Shown one piece after another: positions 51,918 to 62,000 of a stretch of 62,000 bases of DNA (within the stretch, counting starts at the first letter, position 1; each line of letters begins with the position of its first letter). The stretch is from Octopus sinensis (Eukaryota), in NCBI RefSeq assembly GCF_006345805.1, contig NW_021832244.1, positions 1 through 62,000 on the forward strand, read 5' to 3'. The position numbers and the translations under genes are program-made. The notes under the pieces are model-generated. The model saw only the letters and a program-made list of their open reading frames with translations, had not been told where the DNA came from and made no database searches.

Positions 51918-52650
51918 TTGCGAGTCTAAGTGTGAATACTTCTGGTATATACGCTTGTCTACATGTATGCTTTTATATACGTATGCTTATGTGTGGATAC
52001 AAAAATTATATTAATTCGTCAAAAAGCAGAAACAACAATCAGAGATTTACGGAAACATTTGAATATTTAACAATTAAATTATACATAAATTCTATGGAAG
52101 GACATATCTAAGTATCAGCACCACCAATAACAACAATAGTCTTAACTACAGCCTCAACAACAATGAAAACAAGATTATTATTAACAGCAAAAACACCATC
52201 AATCTGAAGAGTAAAATATTCCATCAACATGTATGTATGAACGAAAAGATGAGAAACACCTATGAACACAAACATATTCAGCGCGTGTACATATACATAC
52301 ATGCAAACAGGCATGTGTGTACGTACCATGTATGTATGTCCGTCTGTATGTAAGTATGTATATATGTTGTATGTATTAGCTATAACATTTTGCAACGCTT
52401 TTAAAACTTTGCATAACACCTCTCATTTTAATACGAACTTTTTTTGCTGAGGATGTATATTATATGTATGTCTGCATATATTTATCTATGAATATGTTTG
52501 TACGTAAGTATACATGACAGACTGTAGGTCTTTTTATGTACGGCCATTTGTTTCTCATCCACTATTTATATATGTGTGCGTGTCTGTGTCTATATATACA
52601 TATGTGTGTGTGTGTGTATGCATATATATATGCTTATATATATATATAAA

Positions 52651-52686
<36 letters not shown>

Positions 52687-52793
52687 TGTATATATATATG
52701 TGCGCGTGTGTGTATGTATGTGGGTGTGTGAGTGTATTGATGATGTCATCTGGTTCATGAATATGGTGATATAAGAAGAAAGAGGAAGAGGAA

Positions 52794-52834
<41 letters not shown>

Positions 52835-52951
52835 GAGAAAGAAAGAAACTGAAAGGCAAAAACCACGAAGCGAAAAGTAGACTCGGTATTCAAAAATGAA
52901 ATATATTAAGTGAAATGGAAACAAAACACAAGTTAAAGATTTTTCTAATTA

Positions 52952-53320
52952 TCTCTCTATATATAAACGGCAGTTTGTGTGTGTTTCTGTGTGTCTGTTA
53001 GGTTGTACCCTCACCCTGACCACGGCTTTCAACCGATTCTGATGAAACTTGACACACACATAGCCCAATGTCATAATTCAAAACTAACGCAGGGAAAATT
53101 TTGAAAAGTTCCCCCAGTTCTGAAAAAAAATCGATAAATTCGACATGGGGTCGAGAATCAGAAACACAAACCACAGACTGTCTAGGGGACGCAACTCGAC
53201 CTTTTTAACTAAAAAAAAATTTAACATCATTTTTTTTTCCATTTTTTGGATATAACTCTCTAAAAATGCTTTATAGTTATTTCCCTTACAAACCCGAGCA
53301 ACGCCGGGCGATACTGTTAG
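52952..53320 (+). mobile_element. Non-autonomous Helitron-like element
   Basis: 5' TC after A, subterminal hairpin CCCGAGCAACGCCGGG (53293-53308), 3' TTAG before T, and no TSD. Confidence 0.72.
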
Positions 53321-53419
53321 TATTTAATAAAAATTAAACGTAAATTAATTACTGGTGGGACACTGTAGTTCGATTTGACCAATAATATACCAACAAGTAT
53401 ATTAACATGATAGCATGAT

Positions 53420-53581
53420 GTCAACTTAATGTGACTGTCCCATAAAAGAGAAGAATGCTATAGTTACTTAGTCCTACATAAGGACACACGAAATGTGTCA
53501 AGTCCAACAGAAAACGGTCTTTCCAAGGGCTAAATAACAGTAGCATTCTTCCCTTTTATGGGACCGTCACATTAAGTTGAC
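53420..53581. repeat. 41-bp inverted repeat with 80-bp spacer (MITE or fold-back)
   Basis: 53420-53460 versus 53541-53581 match at 39/41. Confidence 0.85.
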
Positions 53582-54033
53582 CACCTACTATCACTTTATC
53601 GGCTGCTACTACATAAATCTCTCTGAGAGATTTAGAAATGTGTTATTTCTAAGTATATTAACGTTTTATAAGTCAATACACTGTCGTACTTTTCGTGTTA
53701 TCAGTGCGATATTATCACTTTTAAGTGTATCTCTACAGATATCCTATAGAATGTAGAGCCAGCATTGAGAGTTACAACGTTTTTATACGAATGCTTCGAT
53801 GTGTAGAGATAACTTAAGTGTAAACATGAATCCATAGAAAGTCCTACATCTCTAATCAACATCCCAATGAAACGAAGAACCAGGGACACTAAATTTTAAC
53901 GAAATTCTACTCTAAATATACACAGATAAAAATCAAATGCCGGAATGTCTTTGCATAGAGCAGTGTTTCTCAGCCGGAGCCCATGTGGCACTTGGGGGTC
54001 CGAATAAGATTTTATTGTTAAAACTATAAACCG

Positions 54034-54178
54034 CTGGTAAGAAGATTGCCTCCCATCCACATAGTTTCGGAATCAGTCCCACTGAGTGGCATCTTGGACA
54101 AATATCTTCTTCTAAAGCCTCTGGCAGACCAAGGCTTTTTGAATGGATTTGGTGGACGGAAACCGGAAGAAGCCCGTC

Positions 54179-54247
<69 letters not shown>

Positions 54248-54267
54248 TATATCTATCTATCTATCTA

Positions 54268-54316
<49 letters not shown>

Positions 54317-54335
54317 ATATATCTATATCTATCTA

Positions 54336-54372
<37 letters not shown>

Positions 54373-54547
54373 TATATATATATATACATATGCATATATG
54401 TATGTATGTGTGTCTGTGGCTGTGTTTGTCCCGCTACCATCGCTTGACAACCGATGCTGGTATGTTTTTATCCCCGTAACTTAGCGGTTCGACAAAAGTG
54501 ATCGATAGAATAAATACTAGGCTTACAAAGAAAAGTCCTGGGGTCGA
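54034..54547 (+). mobile_element. Bipartite SINE B/C with expanded internal (TA)n
   Basis: B module to GAAGCCCGTCG at ~54180, ~220 bp of microsatellite, then a truncated C module. Confidence 0.85.
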
Positions 54548-54730
54548 GGAGATATTATTATTTTTTTATAAACATACAGGGTGCGGCAAAATTAACGCCC
54601 TTTTCTATTTAGTAATTTTTGAAGTACAAAAATTTTCTTTAGTAAATTTATTATATAAAAATGTATTAGAGGTGTTAAAAAAACGAAAAAACCGATTAAT
54701 GAAAACAAATTGCTGTAGATTTTGGCTTGT

Positions 54731-54852
54731 AGGTGCAGGAGTGGCTCTGTGGCAAGTAGCTCCTTTACCAACGACATGGTTCCGTGTTCACATGGTCCCG
54801 GGTCGACCAAAGCTTTGAGTGGATTTGCTAGACGGAAACTGAAAAAATGCCC
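54731..54852 (+). mobile_element. Internally deleted SINE B module
   Basis: AGGTGCAGGAGTGGCTCTGTGG head and GGATTTGCTAGACGGAAACTGAAA end. Confidence 0.7.
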
Positions 54853-55064
54853 TTAGGTACCAGGGTAGTAAAAATTCACATAAGTGCTAAGGATGTTACA
54901 GCTTACATAAAAAGGTAGCAGTTCCAGGGTTTAGTGAAAGGTTTTTGTATCACGTAGATAATTTAAGAAATGGAGTTAAACGTAGGTGTTATTCAAATCT
55001 TTATACTTCCAACATATATTTCAAAGGAAACATTGATATTATTCCTGAGGGAATATATATGTGT

Positions 55065-55102
<38 letters not shown>

Positions 55103-55201
55103 ATCTATGTATGTATATATATAAAGATATCATGTGATCATGTTCCTGACCACCTGTCAGATGTTGCTAACCATTGCTGGTCTCTGTGCGTTTTGCGTTG
55201 A

Positions 55202-55430
55202 TCGATACTCACTCCGGCTGGTGCTTTGAATTCTTGAGTAAAACACTTGATTTCACGCTTTGGCAGACCCTCTGGCTAGGCGAGCAGGACCACGTTCACC
55301 ACGGATAGAAAAGAGGGACTGCCAAAACGTGAGATCAAGTGTTTTACTCAAGAATTCAAAGCACCAGCCGGTGTGAGTATCGAACCCATGATCTAGCGAC
55401 CGTGAGCGTAACAGTGTAGCAACTAAGTAT
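55202..55430. mobile_element. SINE fragment with 72-bp inverted duplication
   Basis: 55202-55273 versus 55312-55383 differ at 4 positions. Minus strand 55430-55312 has GGGTTCGATACTC (B-box-like) and TTCTTGAGTAAAACAC. Confidence 0.75.
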
Positions 55431-55491
55431 TACATATGTAAATATATATATATATATATATATACGTAGATACATAGACAGACAGACAGAG

Positions 55492-55579
<88 letters not shown>

Positions 55580-56191
55580 GAATGGATGGATGGATAGATG
55601 GATGGATGGATGGATGGATAGATGGATGGATGGATGGATGGATAGAAGGGTGGATAGATGAATGGATAGACAGCTAGATAGATAGATAGATAAACGCATA
55701 CATGCATACATATGGTGTACGAAGGATGGAGAGAGAGAGTGGGGATGAGAAAGAAACTATACAGAATGAAAAGAATTGGAATTGTAAAGACATTATGCTA
55801 TACACAGAGAATATGTACAAAAACCGAAACGAAACTTAAAAGACAAAAAGAAACGAATACTGCTACAAACATGAAGAACTTTCAAAGATGTGATGTATGT
55901 TATGTGGAAGTAAAAGTGAGATATCGCAAGTATTCAAGAGAAGATGAACAAAGTAGATGGATATGATACCAGATGTAATAAAAGAAAGAATATACGGAGA
56001 GGAGAAATGAAAGGAAAATATGATAAAGGGCGAACAAAGGGTTGTAATAGATGAAAGGAGAAACGGAGATGTTAGATGAAAGAGTGAAGAGGTGTGTTAA
56101 AACATGGTTCTGTATATGTATAATATATATATATATATATATGTATATACACACGTATATATATATTTATATATATATATAGAGAGAGAGG

Positions 56192-56222
<31 letters not shown>

Positions 56223-56311
56223 GGGGTATAGAAATAGTAATAGCGGTGGAAATATGAAAAGAATATGACAAATCTATGGGATTTTTGTATGAATATAGTA
56301 ACAGTTAAATG

Positions 56312-56376
<65 letters not shown>

Positions 56377-57158
56377 TAAAATAGCACAAAAATGGGAGGG
56401 GGGAATAAGGCATAAGACTCAGCAGATGGACAACCTGAGAGATTACAAGTAAACAAAAAATTCGTAAAGAGATGCATAAAATGTAAACACACACACACAA
56501 AAATGCTATAAAATTTGTGCGCAGTGAATTCCTGCGAGTGAAGTCTTTATCAAAGTAGAGTAAGACGCAACACAAAAGAAGTACATAAAGTAACGATGCC
56601 AATATATAAATACACACACACACACAATATATATATATATGTGTGTGTGTGTATATGAGTTGCAGGATTTGTCAGAATCTAGGCGCATCAACGCGCAGGA
56701 CGCATGAACTGGCTAGGTGTTAGAAAATTGAGTTCACAGTGAGGTAAGAGATACCACGAGATGTTATATTTCGGTAGTGTACTACAGCAGGTGTGTATAT
56801 ATAGGGACCAAATTTAACGCAAAGTGTAGATCCGACTAAAGGGTCGTTCTATGTGTGGAGGTGGAATAAGAAGAAAAGAAATGGTGCTGAAGATTTTTCT
56901 ACAGCTGTTTCGGTAAAGTTTTGTTGATATATTCATTGATTACATCATGGCATAAATGCACCATTAGGTAAGATGTATTCATCATGTTATTTGTTGGATA
57001 GGTCCTCATCAAGGTGTTACTTTGCTTGCGTGTAACTGTTTAAAATTATAACTGAGGATGATATAGGCTATGAAGACATGAATAAAAATTCTACAGAAAC
57101 AGTTCTGTGTGCATTTGTGAGTATGTGTGTATGTGTGTGCGTGTATGTGTTTATATAT

Positions 57159-57480
57159 ACTCTTTACTCTTTTACTTGTTTCAGTCTTTTACTTGTTTAC
57201 GAACCGCTAGGTGACAGGGACGTAAACACACCAGCATCGGTTGTCAAGCAATGCTAGAGGGACAAACGCAGACACACAAACCTATACACACACACTTATA
57301 TATATATACATATATACGACAGGTTTCTTTCAGTTTCCGTCTACCAAATCCACTCACAAGGCATTGGTCGGCCCGAGGCTATAGCAGAAGACACTTGCCC
57401 AAGATGCCACGCAGTGGGACTGAACCCGGAACCATGTGGTTGGTAAACAAGCTACTTACCACACAGCCACTCCTGCGCCA
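57159..57480 (-). mobile_element. Bipartite SINE B/C (C module partly deleted)
   Basis: Reverse complement of the family modules. Confidence 0.85.
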
Positions 57481-57486
57481 ATATAA

Positions 57487-57524
<38 letters not shown>

Positions 57525-57539
57525 TGGGGGGGTGTATGT

Positions 57540-57583
<44 letters not shown>

Positions 57584-57660
57584 TATATGTGTTTATATAT
57601 TTATATGTATGAACAACAAACAAGTCTATTAGTCTGACGCTCGGGAAAAATTAAAACGTA

Positions 57661-57696
57661 TTTAACGTTTCGAGCCTACGCTCTTCAACAGAAGGG
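57661..57696 (-). ncRNA. Minimal hammerhead-like motif, family D
   Basis: CUU-CUGUUGA-A-GAGC GUAG GCUC-GAAA-CG-UU-AAA. Confidence 0.5.
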
Positions 57697-57819
57697 AATA
57701 AGACGAAATAAACAGTCTGGCACGGCGAATGATTGGAAGAAAAAATGAGTTTGAATGAAATGGAGATAATAATAGTGCTAGAGATCCCAACAAGAGAAAG
57801 TGTGCGCGTGTGAGTGTGT

Positions 57820-57857
<38 letters not shown>

Positions 57858-58280
57858 GTATGTGTGCATAAGGACGAGTGACGAGTGAATAAGGACGTGT
57901 GTGAGCGTCTGTGTGTGTAACATGTGTGTGTGTGTGTAACATATGTGTGTGTGTGCATGACACACACTCAAAGATCCGTCCCTCATCCCTTTGGAGGAAA
58001 ATGCCATACATGTTTCGCATGAAGCTACCAAAACCCCTAGTGGTGGACGCTCAGCTTTTATTTAACATGCCATATTGCCTTAGTTTCGTATCTACCCCCC
58101 CAATATGAATCGGTATATCAGCCAGTTATTAACCTTTTAAAGAGCTATAATTATGTGATTGCATCATTTAAACAGTATCCCTAATTCTGTAATCGACAAT
58201 TCCCTACCACCAAATTTCGAACTCTGAGGCCTATAGCAGAAAGGGACATAACTGAAACTAAGAAATTTAATATACACAAC

Positions 58281-58465
58281 GGCGATGAGCATAGCGCGGT
58301 GTTCCATCCGGTTTTACGTTCTCAGTTCAAATACGGCCCATGTCGACCTTACCTTCCAGCCACTCAAATTCGATAAAATAAGCACCAGTTGAACACTGGG
58401 TGGAAAGAATTGGCTTACAAACCTCCCTCAAAATTACTGGCCTTGTAACAAAATTTTAAACCAAT
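58281..58465 (+). mobile_element. Diverged SINE family A (tail 2)
   Basis: CAGTTCAAATAC..CGATAAAATAAGCACCAGTTG..ACTGGCCTTGTAACAAAATTTTAAACC. Confidence 0.7.
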
Positions 58466-58470
58466 ATTTT

Positions 58471-58806
58471 TGCTAACCAACCACATGTTTCCGGGTTCAG
58501 TCCCACTGCGTGGCATCTTGGGCAAGTGTCTTCTACTATAGCCTCAGGCCGACCAATGCCTTGTGAGTGGATTTGGAAGACAGAGATTATTTGTGTGTCT
58601 GCGTTTGTCTCCCTAGCATTGCTTGACAACCGAAGCTGGTGTGTTTACGTCCCAGTCACTTAGCGGTTTGGCAAAAGAGACCGATAGAATAAGTACTGGG
58701 CTTACAAAGAATAAGTCTCGGGGTCGATATGCTCGACTAAAGGCGGTGCTCCAGCATGGCCGCAGTCAAATGACTGAAACAAGTAAAAGAGTAAAAGAGT
58801 AAAGAG
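58471..58806 (+). mobile_element. SINE B/C lacking the internal microsatellite
   Basis: The B module joins the C module almost directly at ~58580. Confidence 0.85.
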
Positions 58807-59714
58807 AATATATATATATATATAGGGAATCCAAACAAAGAAGAACAAACAAAAAGAACTAGAAAAAATAACGTGGGCACGTGGTACAATTAATGTATTA
58901 TCAGAAGATTTAACATTTCGAGCTTTGCTCTTCGGAAATAGAGGAAAGTCCAACGGAAGGGAAGACGGAGGAAGAAAGTCGACGATACACATGCGGTTAC
59001 ATTTTGAAATGTAATATACATATATATATATATGTGTGTGTGTGTGTACACATATATATGTGTGTGTGTAAAGAGAGAGAGAGAGAGAGGCAGACAGACA
59101 GACAGACAGAGAGAGAAATAGAGATGCATATCCACATGTATACATACATGCACAGATACATATATATATATACATACACACACAAAGATGTAAGCGCGTG
59201 TATTTTACGTATGGATATGCAAATATTTAATTAAGTGTATGTATAGATATCCTTAATGAATGAATGAGCAACGTGAAAAATTCTTACTGAATGCCCACCC
59301 CTCCTGGTAGGAAGGAATAGCAGATATTTGGGATATTAATATAGATTAGTTTCTACGCACCAAATGTAAAAACTTTCCACTTTTTCTAATGTCTTTTTTC
59401 TCTCTTTTTTGTTTTGTGTTCATATTTGCTCTGTCACGTTTTTTAATCAATTTTTATTTATCTATTTATTTATTATTTGTTGGTTTTTTTTGCGATAAGT
59501 GGGTCCCTTTTGAAGTGTAGAAAAATATTTCGTTTATATTTTATTCTTAGTATTTTTCAATAAAAAAAAGACATCGATTTAAAAAAAAAAACTTAAATCT
59601 AATTTATTTAGCCGAAGAAGCTTTTTAGTTTGACGAAAATATTTCAACATATATATCGTGTGCGAAATATTTCATTTCTATTTAGAAAAATAATGAAAAG
59701 AAAAATTAATATTC

Positions 59715-59828
<114 letters not shown>

Positions 59829-60629
59829 TGATGATGATGATGATGATGATTCCAGTGATGATGATGATGGATATGAAGAACGATGCAAAGACAGACGTAG
59901 TTTGTGGGGATTTTCGGAGCATGTAATGAGTTTTAAAAATCGTAAAATATTATCTAAAACCACATTTTTATTTCACTACGCAGTTTCATCGTAAGAAAAA
60001 AAATAATGCCTGCGAAGGAATAGCAATATTATAATTGCTACAAAGATTGCAGCATAAGTTAATTCCATTGCCCAGTGTTCGGTGATACGAAATTCGCTAT
60101 GCAAAAAAATACGGTATATTACTTCAATGTTGTACCACTCAGTCTTTTGAGCTATATATATAAGCGCATGGTGATGTATATATATGTGTGTGTAATCGAT
60201 TGGATCGCATGGGTATTTATCGCCCGTGAGGGTCTAATAAATTGTATCGAAGACAAATGCTGCTGATGACTTATAGATAAATATGTGAGTATAATTGCAT
60301 ATTATATTGATAAAGAAACAATTGTTCAGCATTAATCTACCTTTTCGTTGTATTTCACTTTCCTTACGTTGAAGGTAATGTTATTTCTTTTGTGGAAACA
60401 ACTTCGGTGGCTATACCAGAATAAGGAGCTATTTCTAGCACTAGAGTTAACCACTTAACGGTAAATCTCTTATATTTACGTATGAATTTGTATTGTCTCC
60501 CTGGTTTTTATGTACTAGGCCACTTGGTGTTAAACTGATGGTATTATTAAATTAATATCTAAATTTTCACCCTCATTTATGAGTATATATATATATATGG
60601 ATATACTCAAATGTATGTGTGTGTGTATG

Positions 60630-60664
<35 letters not shown>

Positions 60665-60666
<2 letters not shown>

Positions 60667-61349
60667 GCGGTACTGCTTGGATTCGTGTTGGAAGCTCCAG
60701 TATGAGCAATTCAGAGTATTTGGGTGTTAATCTGAGGACAGTGCAATCTCAGGACATGTACCGAGAGTGATAAAAATCAAACATCCAGCCATCATCATGG
60801 TGTTTGTAGTGATCACTAGTGATGGCTACGTTATGCCTCCATTCATCTTCCCACACGGCTTCGGACTCAACACGGAGGCCTACATCAAGTGCCTGGAAGA
60901 CGTAGTGCTGTCCTGGATCAAGAGGGTGGCTGCTGGAAGACACTATGTCTCGCAACAGGACTCTCCCCCATGCCACACAAGCAGGAGAACCCAGTCATGG
61001 CTGTCAGACAATTTCTACGATCACATCACCTCTAATATCTGGCCACTTAACTCCTCTCGATTAATATATGTGGTGCGCAGTTGAGCGAGATACCAACAAG
61101 ACTCTTTGTAACGCCAAAGACGACCTGAAGGCAAGGATTATGGCAACATTCACCAGCTTAAACAAGGAGTACATCAAGAAGAGTTTCAGGAGATTCTGAA
61201 GTTCTCTGGAGGCCGTGGATAAAGCGATTGGCGATTTTAGTATTTCAAGATGTTTTTATTTAATTTTGGTAAATGTATTTGATAAAATGAGATATGAGTG
61301 ATATTTTCATTTTTGCGTAATTTAGACGACACTATATTCACCGCCCTTG
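60665..61349 (+). mobile_element. Internally deleted Tc1/mariner-superfamily transposon (probably DD37D/maT type)
   Basis: KHPAIIMVF..YIKCLEDVVLSWI..YVSQQDSPPCHTS..QSWLSDNF..IWP and downstream VERDTNK..DLKARI, plus an HTH remnant LGVNLRTVQ. Confidence 0.85.
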
Positions 61350-61353
61350 TATT

Positions 61354-61451
<98 letters not shown>

Positions 61452-61560
61452 ATGATTAATTGACCGTCAGACACATGTATATATATATACAAGATGTCAA
61501 ACGAAGAAGTAGTCCGAGTTTCTTAGTACAGTATAAATACAGAAATAAATTTACACTCAA

Positions 61561-61704
61561 GAAAAGGTACAGAGCCTTTTGTTTGCAGCGAAAGGAAGAA
61601 AGGTAAAGTCGCTCCTGGAGGAATTTGAACTCAGAACGTGAAGACCGGCGAAATGGTATGTAGTATTTCATCCGGCGCGCTAACGTTTCTGCCACTTCGC
61701 CGCC
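61561..61704 (-). mobile_element. SINE family A, 3'-truncated
   Basis: Reverse complement of the GGCGAAGTGGCAGAAACGTTAGCGCGCCGG head and GAGTTCAAATTCC. Confidence 0.78.
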
Positions 61705-62000
61705 CTAAATTGCGGGCAAAAAAATTCTTTTCTTTCATTTTGTTACTTTTAACAATGTGGACTGGCTTTTGTAGTTTTGAAGATAGTAGCTCGTCACTCG
61801 AGTAATTAATCAAGCAAATACACCCGTAAAAACGTGTGGCACATTGGGGCATTGGGGCCGGGTACATTGGACGGGTAGGTGATAGATTTAGAAAGGCAGA
61901 CTTAACTGTAGTTCTGGTTGTATTGGTGGTGGCGATGTGGGGGTTGCTGGCGGTACTGATGGCAGTGGTGTTGACGGTAGTGATTAGTGATAGTCTGGTG

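Noticed and set aside
56640-56750. Possible exon ending at GAG/GTAAGA
   Set aside because: A donor-like word only; candidate frames contain stops and no partner exons were identified.
60180-60270. Possible conserved non-coding element
   Set aside because: It looks enhancer-like, but conservation cannot be judged without cross-species alignment.

Overview
AT-rich, microsatellite-saturated eukaryotic DNA. The SINE families and (TA)n/(TAA)n/(GATA)n load suggest an octopus-like cephalopod; this is inferred, not proven. No host protein-coding exon could be supported, and most listed ORFs are microsatellite translations. The window holds four R4/Dong-type non-LTR families, all sitting in (TAA)n with the same polarity, including one near-full-length 4-kb copy (47.2-51.2 kb). 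It also holds two Penelope-like (RT + GIY-YIG) elements, RTE fragments, three tRNA-derived SINE families, hAT/pogo MITEs, a non-autonomous Helitron and a Tc1/mariner remnant. The most striking signal is a recurring architecture: fold-back insertions with an inverted copy of their own 3' tail that carry minimal hammerhead-ribozyme folds. These are a 2.6-kb Penelope palindrome, a 193-bp inverted repeat with a canonical-core hammerhead in its loop, a nested hairpin at 17.2 kb and an older remnant at 13.1 kb; the first three are flanked by (TA)n-type runs. Further hammerhead-like motifs occur in short TA-flanked elements. Other highlights are an ORF-less ~545-bp TAA-targeting retroposon, SINE concatemers with a fixed 184-bp junction, a 6x repeated 5' junction, a twin-primed RTE and a templated-insertion rearrangement. 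All alignments and RNA folds were done by eye.
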